Position numbers and translations under genes: made by a program
NCBI RefSeq assembly: GCF_963921235.1
Contig: NC_086108.1
Span: 58,530,001-58,594,000, forward strand
Direction of reading: 5' to 3'
DNA length: 64,000 nt
DNA from: Mobula hypostoma
Lineage: Eukaryota
The notes under the pieces: model-generated
Seen by the model: the letters and a program-made list of their open reading frames with translations, nothing else
Told to the model about the DNA's origin: nothing
Database searches by the model: none
Shown here: in pieces, positions 24,364 through 38,211 of the stretch
Layout: every line of letters starts with the position of its first letter
Position numbering within the stretch: position 1 is the first letter of the stretch

Positions 24364-26152
24364 GATAATAAGACAAAGGAGCAGAAGTCGACCATTCGGC
24401 CCATTGAATCTGCTCCACCATTTTATCATGAGCTGATCCATTCTCCCATTTAGTCCCACTCCCCCGCCTTCTCACCATAACCTTTGACGCCCTGGCTACT
24501 CAGATACCTATCAATCTCTGCCTTAAATACACCCAATGACTTGGCCTCCACTGCCACCCATGGCAACAAATTCCACAGATTCACCACCCTCTGGCTAAAA
24601 AAATTTCTTCGAATCTCTTTTCTGAATGGGCGCCCTTCAATCCTTAAGTCATGCCTTCTCGTACTAGACTCCCCCATCATGGGAAACAACTTTGCCACAT
24701 CCACTCTGTCCTTGCCTTTCAATATTCGAAATGTTTCTATGAGGTCCCCCTGCCATTCTTCTAAACTCTAAGGAATACAGTCCAAAAATGGACAAACGTT
24801 CCTCATATGTTAACCCTCTCATTCCCGGAATCATTTTAGTGAATCTTCTCTGTACCCTCTCCAACGTCAGCACATCCTTTCTTAAATAAGGAGCCCAAAA
24901 CTGCCCACAGTACTCCAAGTGAGGTCTCACCAGCGCCTTATAGAGCCTCAACATCACATCCCTGCTCCTATACTCTATTCCTCTAGAAATGAATGCCAAC
25001 ATTGCATTCGCCTTCTTCACTGCCGACTCAACCTGGAGGTTAACCTTAAGGGTATCCTGTACGAGGACTCCCAAGTCCCATTGCATCGCAGAAATTTGAA
25101 TTCTCTCCCCATTTAAATAATAGTCTGCCCATTTATTTCTTCTGCCAAAATGCATAACCATACACTTTCCAACATTGTATTTCATTTGCCACTTCTTTGC
25201 CCATTCTTCCAATCTATCCAAGTCTCTCTGCAGACTCTCTGTTTCCTCAGCACTACCGGCCCCTCCACCTATCTTCGTATCGTCAGCAAACTTAGCCACA
25301 AAGCCATCTTTTCCATAACCCAAATCATTGATGTACAATGTAAAAAGAAGCGGCCCCAACACGGACCCCTGTGGAACACCACTGGTAACCGGCAGCCAAC
25401 CAGAATAGGATCCCTTTATTCCCACTCTCTGTTTCCTGCCAATCAGCTAACGCTCTATCCATGTATGTAACTTTCCCGTAATTCCATGGGCTCTTATCTT
25501 GTTAAGCAGCCTCATGTGTGGCACCTTGTCAAAGGCCTTCTGAAAATCCAAATATACAACATCCACTGCATTTCCCTTGTCTAGTCATAGTCATAATCAT
25601 ACTTTATTGATCCTGAGGGAAATTGATTTTCATTACAGTTGCCCCAACCAAGAATAGAGTATAAATATAGCAATATAAAACTATAAATAATTAAATAGTA
25701 ATATGTAAATTATGCCGGGAAGTAAGTCCAGGACCAGCCTATTGGCTCAGGGTCCAGCGTACTTGTAATTTCCTCAAAAAATTGTAATAGCTTTGTCAGG
25801 CAGGATTTTCCTTTAAGGAAACCATGCTGAGTTCTGCCTATCTTGTCATATGCCTCCAGGTACTCCATAACCTCATCCTTGACAATCGACTCCAACAACT
25901 TCCCAACCACCGATGTCAAGCTAACAGGTCTATAATTTCCTTTTTGCTTCCTTGTCACCTTCTTAAATAGCGAAGTGACATTTGCAATCTTCCAGTCCTC
26001 CAGAACCATGCCAGAATGTATCGACTTTTGAAAGATCATTGCTAATGCCTCCGCAATCTCCACAGCTACTTCTTTCAGAACACGAGGGTGCATTCCATCT
26101 GGTCTGGGAGATTTATCTACCCTTAGACTATTCAGCTTCCTGAGTACTTTCT
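24364..26152 (-). mobile_element. CR1 LINE, RT and 3' end (interrupted by a Rex1 tail)
   Basis: MHPRVLKE, GNYRPVSLTSVVGK, SGVPQGSVLGPLLF, KFADDTK, LVRPHLEYC. Confidence 0.93.
25581..25755 (-). mobile_element. Rex1/Babar LINE 3' tail inserted in CR1
   Basis: Reverse complement matches 54540-54697 (ACCCTGAGCCAATAGGCTGGTCCTGGACTTA...AATAAAGTATGA, (GACTAT)n tail). Confidence 0.85.
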
Positions 26153-27531
26153 GAGAGATTGGTAATCTTAAAAATATTTTATTTCATTCATTGTCAATGG
26201 TTTCTGTTGTGTTCTATAACTGCAAAGCAAAAGATAAAAGATTTTTATGAAAGCACAAAGTAAACTAATAATACTCAGCTGGGTAATGAACAAGAGGTGA
26301 GCAAAAGCAAAGTTTCACACATGCCAAAAATCTGAAAAATACACAGATTCTGGACATCTTCAGCAAGAATAGCAACATCTGCAGAGAGAAATTGAATTAA
26401 CATTTTGTGTTGTTGACCTTTGATGAGAAAAAATCCAAACAGATGGCTGACTAATGTGATTGACTGATTTAGTTGACTTGGCAGATTTCTCATCCAAGAC
26501 AGAAAACAGATAATCACAAATGTCAGGTTCCTTCATTATGACCAATTAATCCTTTAAAAATATTTGGAGCTGAATATTGCATAAATGGCAGTTATTTTCC
26601 ATTGACGTTTCTCATGTAGTTTGGAAGAGGATGTTGAGGTCAATGCCACAATGCTTTTAAATATCCAACAGGGATACATAACCATGGTATGAACCTCATG
26701 ATAATCAGAAACAACTTTAGAATAAGGAATGGAGTTTATATTTTCTTCGCCACTCTGAATGAGGATTTCAAATCCTGACAGCTCTGTTCACTAAAGCGAC
26801 CATCAGATGATATATTATAGGAAAACAGATCGATGAACACTTCCAGATTTTGAAGGCACTACCGTCAAAGTAAAATATTAGAATATAATACAATAGATGG
26901 AGAAAGGAAATGATATATAGCCCAAGACCAGATACAACCTCCCACGGTAAATTATTCTTAGATAGTCTATGTAAATTGAGCAAATTTATTGAATGTGATT
27001 TTGCTGTTCTTTTCTCATGTCCAGCCCAAAATATCGGTAGTATTAAGAGCTCAGGAAAATATTATATCCCTTAGGATATCTGATCATTTCCAAAGTATGC
27101 TTGCATCTCCATTGCTAATAACGTACAAATATTTTTAATTTAATTTCATGGCTTTTAGATTATGTGACCAATGATGTAAAGGACAAAATACAGCACATCT
27201 CTGTATTGTGACTGAGCTAATCTGAGTACTCCACAGACTATGTCTGAAGTTCTAGTGTTGGTAGACTAAGCAGTCTAATATGAACACCAATTGGGTTTTG
27301 CACAGTGAGCAGGTTTAATTTACAATGTTATTTAAAGTCCAAGTATAGTTACTGGAACCTTGGAATTCATTTTATCAAGGTCTGCTCTAATAACAAACAA
27401 AATGCTGCCTACATTTCTTCATTACAATGAGAAACTGACTTTTCTTAATACTAATCCATGTATTGCTTTGACAATTACCAAATACCATTTCATTTTCTTT
27501 AAGATAGTCCACTCATCTACTGATACAGGGT

Positions 27532-28886
27532 CTATAGGATTAGTTTCTCTGCAGGATAAATTGGAAAAGATTCTTTCAAGTTTATGCCTATTTATCCCAA
27601 ATCTGCAGACAGTCATATTTTCTGCAGCCCTTATTATAGAGTTTAAAAATAAACATCAGTCCGTCAGATGTCCGGGTAAATATGAATTCTCAGTGAGCTA
27701 ATCCAAGAACCAACTATATTCCAGAAACACCATGGAGGCACAAATGTGATGATTCTAATCCAATAAGTTAACCAATTTTGCTATCTTCCTTCCATTTTAC
27801 AAAGCATAATCACCTTCCCTATTCTTCACCTTCATTTTATACTCATGATATATTAGTTACTACTTGAATATGTAGGCCTCATTCCCCTAGGGTGAATGGT
27901 TGCTTCTTGCTGTACCTGGGATTCTAATACCACAGTTTACATGAGCCGACCCATCTCCATTATTTCTTTCATTAAAGTCCAGCCTTCACATTTGTACAAT
28001 TCTGCCAGGAAAGCAAGTGTTCACAATGTTCTCTAAGTTATTACAACAGCATCTTTAAGTTCAATGAACGGGGTTAAGCTTGACAATGCAGTTCAAATTG
28101 ACTGTAGCCCTCTGATTTCTTCTGTGCATCACTCATTTAATTCTCATTCACAAAACACTGGGGGAAATCAACAGGCCAGGCAGCATCTAAGGAGAAGAGT
28201 AAATAGTCTGCTGTGGTCTCCAGGACAATGAAATTTTCCACAAACTTCACTAGGTCAGTACCGATTTCAAGTTCACTTAATGTTCCAAATGAGATAACAC
28301 TTGTATCTTAGTTGTCTAAGCACAGACAAATATTTGCATCATCTCCTTTGCTGTTCATTATTAACGGTCAATTGAAATCACAATAAACAATCAGACCTCA
28401 CGGCAACTACCAATCCATAGCAGGATAATTCTTGCTTCAAGAACAATCTGTGTTTGCTGATCAATTTATGCCCTAGATTGTGCTCAATTTGTACCGTTTA
28501 CCTACTTATCATTCTCCCAGCAACTCTTCCATCAGTTTCTGCTAACACTCTTGTCATGTGAATGAGGTCAATACAGATATACAAATGAGCCTTTGGGAAA
28601 TAGATGATGAATGTTTGCTAGTTGCTCCAGACAGCAGGAATCTTCTGCCTTGTGCAAATTCTGTTGATGACCACATTTCATTTCCGACTTGCAAGTTGAT
28701 TGGGTTATGAATGGTTCATAGGAACGGAACCCAGCCATAACCGGGGGAGGACCTGGATTTTACAACTTCCTCAAAGCAGCATGATTATTTAAAATTTTAC
28801 AGTCCTAAGCAATGCTTACAAACAAAATTTCTAAATATATTTAAAAGTTATAATAGCACAACCAAAACATTTTACAAAACATATAA
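27532..28886 (+). repeat. Direct duplication, copy 1 (1355 bp)
   Basis: Colinear with 36133-37487 at offset 8601; about 5 substitutions seen by eye. Confidence 0.97.
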
Positions 28887-29059
28887 AAGCCCATTGCGTC
28901 TACAGATCCAGTCTCCACATGGCTCTTTGATCAACAGTTGGTGGAGCATATAATCTGCAAGTTTTGGTGAGTGGATAGTATTTGCATGGCCATGTCAAGA
29001 GAATGAACAATATTCATTCACATTGTTGACTTTGAGAACACAGAACATGCACTTCAAGA

Positions 29060-29650
29060 TCACTGGAATTTAAAAGCAAGGGTGTAATCCTGAGGCTTTT
29101 TAAAGCATTGGTCAGACCACATTTGGAATATGTGAGCAGTTTTGGGCCCCTTACCCAAAGAAGGATGTGCTGGCATTGTTGAGAACAAAGGGCAGTTTTA
29201 GGAGAATAATCCAGGGAATGAAAGGATTAATGTATGAGGAGCATTTGGTGGTTCTGGGCCTGTACTTGCCAGAGTTTAGAAGGATGAAGGAGGTCTCATT
29301 GAAACCTACTGAATATTGAAAGGCCTGGATAGAGTCGAAGGAGAGGATGTTTGCAGTAGGACTAGAGGCCACAGCCTCAGAATACAGTAATAGGGTGTCC
29401 CTTTGGAACAGAAATGAGGAAAAATTTCTTTAGCCAGAGGCTGGTGAATCCATTACCACAGACAGCTGTGGGGGCCAAGTCAGTGGGTATATTTAAAGCA
29501 GAGGTTGATGGGTTCTTGATTATTAAGTGTGTCAAAGGTTACAGGGAGAAGGCAAAAGAATAGGGTTGAGAGGGGAAAAATAATCAACCATGATCTACTG
29601 GCAGAGCAAACTCTTTGGGCCAAATGACCTAATTCTGCTCCTATGTCTTG
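29060..29650 (+). mobile_element. Decayed CR1 3' fragment
   Basis: Nucleotide similarity to the other CR1 3' ends (GGTCAGACCACATTTGGA...CCTAATTCTGCTCCTATGTCTT). Confidence 0.85.
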
Positions 29651-29907
29651 TGCTCTTATTGATTGGATTAGTGCAATGTATAACTTGTTTCATGTCTACT
29701 CAGTCAGCATATCATTCATATTGTTCAGAGAGTGGACAGTACAGTACCTGCATGGCTAAGTCCAGAAAATGTACAGTGTCACATGTTGACGATTCCATGG
29801 CAACAGAGCTCAGAGTGCATAGTAATTACTCTGCTGCATCACCTGCAGGCTAGTTCACATTACTGTGAAATAGCCTGCAAATTACCTGCAAAGGTTTGTA
29901 AAAATAA

Positions 29908-32122
29908 CAGTACTTGGTCAAAGTATTCAGACCCCAACCCATTGTTCACTAAGTGAGTATTACAATCAGGGATTTTGATCAATTTATCTGAGAATTGTTA
30001 GTTGTGAATCACATGCTCATTTTTCACTAGAGTCAAAAAGGGAAAATTATAAATCATGAAAAACTAAAAATTGAAAAGCAGTTGAGAAGTGTTCATCCCC
30101 CTTTGCTCAGTACTTAGTGAACCCCTCCCTCAGCTATTACAGCCAGTAGTCCTTTTGGATAAGTCCCTAACATCTTTGCACAACGTGATGGAGTAATATT
30201 TGCTCATTCCTCCTTGCAAAATTGCTCAAGCTGTGCCAGGGTAATAGAGGAGCAGTGGTGGACAGGAATCCTGAGGTCTTACCAGAGTCGTTCGATCAAA
30301 TTAAGGTCGGGATTCTGACTGGGCCACTCAAGGACACCACATTTGAAGCCACTCCATGGTTGCTCTGGCAGTGTGCTTTGGGTCATTGTCCTGCTGAAAG
30401 ATGAACTTCAACCCCAATTTAAGCTTTCTGGCAGAGGCTAGCAGGTTTTTATCCAGGATCTATTTAGTAGCATTCATCTTCCCATCAATCATGACCAGAT
30501 TTCCAGTCTCTGCTGCTGAAAAGCATCCCCATAGTATGATGTTACCTCCACCATACTTTACAGTAGGGATGGTGTTACCTGGCTGATGCGCATTGGATTT
30601 ATGCCACATGTACCACTTATTGTTGAGGCCAAAAAGTTCCACTTTAGTCTCATCCGACCACAAAACCTTCTTCCACATCTTTACTATATCTTCTAAGTAA
30701 TGCTTTGTAAAGTCTTTACAGGCAAGGATATGCTTTTTTTTAAAGCCAGGACTTCTTTCTTGCCTCTCTTCCAGAAATACACTTTTTGTGAAAGGCCACA
30801 TAGATTGTGGAGCCGTGAACTTCATCTCCAGTTGCAGCCTCTGATTTCTGCAGCTCATTCAGAGTGACTGTTGGCATCACAGTAGCCTCTCTTACAAGTG
30901 CCATTCTTTGCCATTCTTCTCCGGTGACTAAGTTTATAGGGGCAACCTGACCTAGTCAGTGTGGCTGTGGTTTCATATTTTTTCCACTTTTTCACAATGG
31001 ACTGCTCTGAGCTCTGATGTATGTTCAGTGCCTTTGAGATGGTCTTGTACCCTTCCTCAGATTTGTGCTTCTCTATGATCATTTGCGTGACTTGACTTGA
31101 ATGCTCTCGTCTTCATTTTGACTTGGTCTGCTGAAAATCCACCTTACAGAGAAAGGAGGTATTTACTCTTATGCTTGCTTTTATCAGTCGAAGCATTGAG
31201 TTCAAAAGTCAGGAGGTTTTTTTGAAACTTCATAAAACTCTGGTTTTAGGCTGCATCTGGAGTATTGCATACAGTTCTGGTCATCCCAATACAGGAAAGA
31301 TGTTGAGGCTTTGGAGAGGGTTCAGAAGAGATTTACCAGGATGCTGCCTCGTTTAGAGGGCATGTGCTATCACGAGAGGCTGAGTAAACTTGGGTTATTT
31401 TATCTGGAGTGGCAGAGTTTGAGGGGAAATCTGATAGAGATCTTCAAGATCATGAGAGGCATATAGAGAGTGGACAGAGTATATCTGTTTCCCAGTGTAG
31501 AAATGCCTAATACCAGAGGGCATTGCATTGAAGGTGAGATGGAGTAGGTTCAAGGAGGAAGTGAGGGATAAGTTTTTTTTATTCAGAGAGTTGTAAATGC
31601 CTGGAATGTGCTGCCTAGTTTGGTGGTAGAGGCGAATACATTAAGAGGCTTTTAAGAGACATCTGTATAGGCACACAGTTGTAAGGAAGATGTGGGAAAA
31701 TGGGCATGGTTTAGAAAGGAAGGATTAGTGTTTGGGTGTTTTTGATTTGATTTCTAGCTGGTTCAGCATGACAATGTGGGCTGAATGGCCTGTTCCTGTG
31801 CTGTACTCTTCTATGTTCTATGAAATCAGGTGATCCTCCAATTTTCTACATCAACAAATTGGGTGAGTTGGAAATATATTGCACCTGAGGGAAGTTAGCA
31901 TAGTAATTACAAAGGGGATGAAGACTTATTCAGCCTTCCAAGTTTGGTTGTAAATTTTTAGTAAATTGTTGACAGGTTTTGAAATTTTTCTTTTAATTTG
32001 ACATGATGCGCAATGTTTTGTAGGTTAGCTCAAAATCTCCTACTTCAATATATTTTAAATTTAGGAAATGAGAGGATAAAGTGTAAAAATAGTTGTGGGG
32101 GCTGAATATTTTTGAAGACGTA
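29908..32122 (-). mobile_element. Tc1-like transposon, decayed, with long IR/DR-type ends and a nested CR1
   Basis: [43 protein letters not shown] motifs; CAGT start and inverted terminal/inner repeats (AGTATTCAGACCCC / GGGGCTGAATATT). Confidence 0.88.
31171..31822 (+). mobile_element. CR1 3' fragment nested in Tc1
   Basis: MLAFISRSIEFKS; tail TTCTATGTTCTATG. Confidence 0.87.
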
Positions 32123-32359
32123 TCAACAAAACATTAGTGCCTAACATAAGGTTGCATCATGTGCTATAACCTTTGATACTCTGAGTTCTGCTTCCCTCAA
32201 GAAAAATCCATAAAAATCACTGTTAGTAAATAATTAACACTGGTTACATGGTTACCTATTGACATCAATATGCTTTTGCAAGCTACAAAACTATTCAATC
32301 ACTTGGAACACCTGAACATACGTCAACATCAGAAATTATTGGCTCTTCACTCCACTCTG

Positions 32360-33565
32360 GAACATCTGGGCAGTGAAGCTGTTTACATCAGGATGCTCTT
32401 TACTGACGACAGCTGGACATTCATTACTATCATCCCCTGAAAACTAATCATAAACTCCAAGACTTAGAGAAGGCCTCAATACCTCCTCGTGCAATTGGAT
32501 CCTTGATTTCCTCACTTGCAGACCTCAGTCAGTTTGGATTGGCAGCAACATCTCCTCCATGATCTCCATCAGCACAGATGCAGCACAAGTCTGTGAGCTC
32601 AGCCCCCTCCTCCACTCACTTTACACTTATCATTATGTGCCTAAGTGAAGCTCCAATGCCATAATAAAGTTTGCTGACAACACCACAGTTGTGGGCAGAA
32701 TTGAAGGTGGTGGCAAAGCAGCCTGTGGGATGGAGATTGAAAATCTGGCTGAGTGGTGCCACAACACCAATCTCTCACTCAATGTCATCAAAACAAAAGA
32801 GCTGATCATTGCCTACAGGAGGAGGAAACCAGAGGTCCAGGCAGTCCTCATCAGACGAGCAGAGGTGGAGGCAGTCAGCAACTATCAATTCCTTGGCATT
32901 ATCATTTCAGAGGATCTGTCCTGGGTGCAGCAAGTAACTGGCATTACAAAGAAGGCACTGCAGCACCTCTACATCTTTGGAAGTTTGTGTGGATTCTGCA
33001 TGTCATCTAAAACTTTGACAAACTTCTATTGATATGCGGTGGAGAGTATACAGTACTGACTGATTGTATCACGGCCTGCTATGGAAACAACAATGCGCTT
33101 GAAGGGAAAAAAAACACTACAAAAAGTAGTGAATACAGTCCAGTCCATTATAGGTAAAGCCCTCCCCACCTTTATGTATATTTACAAGGAATGCTGGCGC
33201 AGGAAAACAGCATCTATCATCAAGGACCTTCGAGTCCATGCTCTATTCTAGTTTCTGCCATCAGGAAGGGTGCACAGGAGCCTTAAGTCCCACACCACCA
33301 GGTTCAGGAACAGTTATTACCCCTCAGCCATCAGGCTGTTGAACCAGAAGGGATAACTTCACTCACCCCAACACGGAACTGATTCTGCATCCTGTGGACT
33401 CACTTCTAAAGACTCTACAGCTTGTGCTTATTGCTCATTTATTTATTCCTTTTGTATCAGTTTGCTGTCTTTTGCACACTGGTTGTTTCTCTCTGTCGGT
33501 TGCCGTTTTTCATTGCTTCTGCAAGGAATTTAATCTTAGAGTAGCATATGGTGACCTTTATGTAC
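32360..33565 (+). mobile_element. Rex1/Babar-type LINE 3' portion, decayed
   Basis: KFADNTT, WCHNTNLSLNVIKTKELI, FLGIIISEDLSW, TLTNFY. Confidence 0.85.
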
Positions 33566-33854
33566 TGTAGAGTGGCAGGGTGGAGATACATTGCTTTGTA
33601 CGTTGCTCCTTCCCTCCGTTAGCCTGCAGCAGCTGCTTAGCCCCGCTGATCAGGGTTACGTGAAGGTACGGGAACAGGTGATGGATGGTGCTATGACACA
33701 TAATTAGGACTTGCATATCACAATGTAATAAGCACATACAGAATATTAGTAAAATACAAAATATATGCGTGTACAGTCTTCTGCCAGGTGAACACGGGGT
33801 GGGGGTGGGTCAACCATGCAAAATATACATATATAGTCTTCTGCTGAATGATAA

Positions 33855-35500
33855 TAGACAATAGACAATAGATGATAGGTCCAGGAGTAGGCCATTTGGC
33901 CCTTCGAGCCAGCACCGCCATTCACTGTGATCATGGCTGATCATCCACAATCAATATCCAGTTCCTGCCCTATCCCCATAACCTTTGATTCCGCTATCTT
34001 TAAGAGCATCTCTTTCTTGAAAGCATCCAGAGACTTGGCCTCCACCGCCTTCTGGGGCAGAGCATTCCATATATCCACCACTCTCTGGGTGAAAAAGTTT
34101 TTCCTCTACTCCATTCTAAATGGCCTACCCCTAATTCTTAAACAGTGGCCTCTGGTTCTGGACTCACCCATCAGCGGGAACATGCTTCCTGCCTCCAGCA
34201 TGTCCAATCCTTTAATAATCTTATATGCTTCAATAAGATCCCCTCTCAGCCTTCTAAATTCCAGAGTATACAAGCCCGGTCGCTCCAATCTTTCGACATA
34301 TGACAGTCCCGCCATCCCGGGAATTAACCTTGTGAACCTACGCTGCACTCCCTCAATAGCAAGAATGTTCTTCCTCAAATTTGGAGACCAAAACTGCACA
34401 CAGTACTCCAGCTGTGGTCTCACCAGGGCCCTGTACAGCTGCAGAAGGACCTCTTTGCTCTTATACTCAATTCCCCTTGTTATGAAGGCCAGCATGCCAT
34501 TAGCTTTCTTCACTGCCTGCTGTACTTGCAAGCTTGCTTTCAGTGACTGATGTACAAGAACACCTAGATCTCATAGTTCCCCTTTCCCTAACTTGACTCC
34601 ATTTAGATAGTAATCTGCCTTCCTGTTCTTACTACCAAAGTGGATAATCTCACATTTATCCACATTAAACTGCATCTGTCCACTCACTTAGCCTGTCCAA
34701 GTCACCCTGCATTCTCATAACATCCTCCTCACATTTCACACTGCCACCCAGCTTTGTGTCATCGGCAAATTTGCTAATGTTACTTTTAATTCCCTCATCT
34801 AAATCATTAATATATACTGTAAACAGCTGCGGTTCCAGCACTGAGCCCTGCGGTACCCCACTGGTCACCGCCTGCCATTCCGAAAGGGACCCATTAATCA
34901 CTACTCTTTGTTTTCTGTCAGCCAGCCAATTTTCAATCCATGTCAGTACTCTGCCCCATTACCATGTGCCCTAATTTTGCCCACTAATCTCCAATGTGGG
35001 ACTTTATCAAAGGCTTTCTGAAAGTCCAGGTACACTACATCCACTGGCTCTCCCTTGTCCATTTTCATAGTTACAGCCTCAAAAAATTCCAGAAGATTAG
35101 TTAAGCACGATTTCCCCTTCGTAAATCCATGCTGACTTGGACCTATCCTGTTACTGCTATCCAGATGTGTTGTAATTTCATCTTTTATAATTGACTCCAG
35201 CATCTTTCCCACCGTTGACATCAGGCTAACCGGTCTATAATTCCCTGTTTTCTCTCTTCCTCCCTTCTTGAAGAGAGGGACAACATTAGCCACCCGCCAA
35301 TCCACAGGAACTGATCCTGAATCTATAGAACATTGGGAAATAATTACCAATGCATCCACGATTTCTAAAGCCACCTCCTTAAGTATCCTGGGATGCAGAC
35401 CATCAGGTCCTGGGGACTTATCAGCCTTCAGACCCAACAGTCTATCCAACACAATTTGCTGCCTAATATAAATTTCCTTCAGTTCATCCATTACCCTAGG
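33855..35500 (-). mobile_element. CR1 LINE, RT and 3' end
   Basis: KSPGPDGLHPRILKE, YLDFQKAFDKVPH, SGVPQGSVL, KFADDTK; (CTATTGT)n-like tail. Confidence 0.93.
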
Positions 35501-36132
35501 TACAGTATATGGTTATGATATGTAACTCCATGGTTATGATATATTGCATAACCATGGAGATTCCTTGCACATAATATTGTCCACCGGGTTAGATGCTCTA
35601 CTACTTTGGTATCTGTCTGCAAGCTGACTTTCTATTCTTTTTAGTATTCTCTTCACCAGAAATTACTTTGTACTACTTCTCTCCGACAACCTGGGGAAAG
35701 GATGAATGGTGAATCTAGCTGCAGCTGATCACTGATTAAGCCATTTGCCTTAGAACATTAAGTTCAAACGAATTGCTATTTGACTATAATTGTCCACAAC
35801 GAGATAAAGCTACACATGGAAATTAAGAAAATCAGTTTAATAGTGAGCAATTGCTTCATTGCACTTTTGTGTAGCTTTGCATAGGCTTTGAATGTTGCAG
35901 CTGAATAGCTGCATTCAAGAGCTATTTTTTGTTGGGTGGTACAACATACGATTTACTGGAGCTTAAAAATGAAATATAAAATATAAATTAAGATAGTGCA
36001 TACAAGCCCCATTGTCTTGTCAAGGGGAATAGTTTCCTGCTTATTTAACTTGAGCAAGCACATTCTTAACAATTGCCCCATCAAACTATTTATTTTTCTT
36101 TAAGATAGACCACCCATCTATTGATACAAAGC

Positions 36133-37487
36133 CTATAGGATTAGTTTCTCTGCAGGATAAATTGGAAAAGATTCTTTCAAATTTATGCCTATTTATCCCA
36201 AATCTACAGACAGTCATATTTTCTGCAGCCCTTATTATAGAGTTTAAAAATAAACATCAGTCCGTCAGATGTCCGAGTAAATATGAATTCTCAGTGAGCT
36301 AATCCAAGAACCAACTATATTCCAGAAACACCATGGAGGCACAAATGTGATGATTCTAATCCAATAAGTTAACCAATTTTGCTATCTTCCTTCCATTTTA
36401 CAAAGCATAATCACCTTCCCTATTCTTCACCTTCATTTTATACTCATGATATATTAGTTACTACTTGAATATGTAGGCCTCATTCCCCTAGGGTGAATGG
36501 TTGCTTCTTGCTGTACCTGGGATTCTAATACCACAGTTTACATGAGCCGACCCATCTCCATTATTTCTTTCATTAAAGTCCAGCCTTCACATTTGTACAA
36601 TTCTGCCAGGAAAGCAAGTGTTCACAATGTTCTCTAAGTTATTACAACAGCATCTTTAAGTTCAATGAACGGGGTTAAGCTTGACAATGCAGTTCAAATT
36701 GACTGTAGCCCTCTGATTTCTTCTGTGCATCACTCATTTAATTCTCATTCACAAAACACTGGGGGAAATCAACAGGCCAGGCAGCATCTAAGGAGAAGAG
36801 TAAATAGTCTGCTGTGGTCTCCAGGACAATGAAATTTTCCACAAACTTCACTAGGTCAGTACCGATTTCAAGTTCACTTAATGTTCCAAATGAGATAACA
36901 CTTGTATCTTAGTTGTCTAAGCACAGACAAATATTTGCATCATCTCCTTTGCTGTTCATTATTAACGGTCAATTGAAATCACAATAAACAATCAGACCTC
37001 ACGGCAACTACCAATCCATAGCAGGATAATTCTTGCTTCAAGAACAATCTGTGTTTGCTGATCAATTTATGCCCTAGATTGTGCTCAATTTGTACCGTTT
37101 ACCTACTTATCATTCTCCCAGCAACTCTTCCATCAGTTTCTGCTAACACTCTTGTCATGTGAATGAGGTCAATACAGATATACAAATGAGCCTTTGGGAA
37201 ATAGATGATGAATGTTTGCTAGTTGCTCCAGACAGCAGGAATCTTCTGCCTTGTGCAAATTCTGTTGATGACCACATTTCATTTCCGACTTGCAAGCTGA
37301 TTGGGTTATGAATGGTTCATAGGAACGGAACCCAGCCATAACCGGGGGAGGACCTGGATTTTACAACTTCCTCAAAGCAGCATGATTATTTAAAATTTTA
37401 CAGTCCTAAGCAATGCTTACAAACAAAATTTCTAAATGTATTTAAAAGTTATAATAGCACAACCAAAACATTTTACAAAACATATAA
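36133..37487 (+). repeat. Direct duplication, copy 2 (1355 bp)
   Basis: Near-identical to 27532-28886. Confidence 0.97.
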
Positions 37488-37920
37488 CATATAGGATCCT
37501 GCTATATTACCTACCCTTTCTGTAGCTGTAATAGTATCCCTGACCAGTAATGCCACACCTCCTCCCCTTTTTCTGCCCTCTCTATCCCTTTTAAAGCACT
37601 GAAATCCAGGAATATTGAGAATCCATTCCTGCCCTGGTGCCAGCCAAGTCTCTGTTATGGCCACTACATCATAGTTCCATGTATGTATCCAAGCTCTCAG
37701 TTCATCACCTTTGTTCCTGATGTTTTTGCATTGAGGTACACACATTTCAGCCCTTCTACCTTACTGTCTTTACACCGTTTATTCTGCTTCTCTTTCCTCA
37801 AAGCCTCTCTATATGTTAGACAAAAACAACAGGAATTCTGCAGATGCTGGAAATTCAAGCAACACACATAAAAGTTGCTGGTGAACGCAGCAGGCCAGGC
37901 AGCATCTCTAGGAAGAGGTG

Positions 37921-37958
37921 CAGTCGACGTTTCAGGCTGAGACCCTTCGTCAGGACTA
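37921..37958 (-). ncRNA. Minimal hammerhead ribozyme, intact core
   Basis: Reverse complement TAGTC-CTGACGA-AGGGTCTCAGCCT-GAAA-CGTC-GACTG. Confidence 0.83.
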
Positions 37959-38211
37959 ACTGAAGGAAGAGTGAGTAAGGGATTTGAAAGTTGGAGGGGG
38001 AGGGGGAAATCCAAAATGATAGGAGAAGACAGGAGGGGGAGGGATGGAGCCAAGAGCTGGACAGGTGATAGGCAAAAGGGATATGAGAGGATCATGGGAC
38101 AGGAGGTCCAGGAAGAAAGACAAGGCGGGGGGACCCAAAGGATGGGCAACGGGTATATTCAGAGGGACAGAGGGAGAAAAAGGAGAGTGAGAGAAAGAAT
38201 GTGTGTATAAA

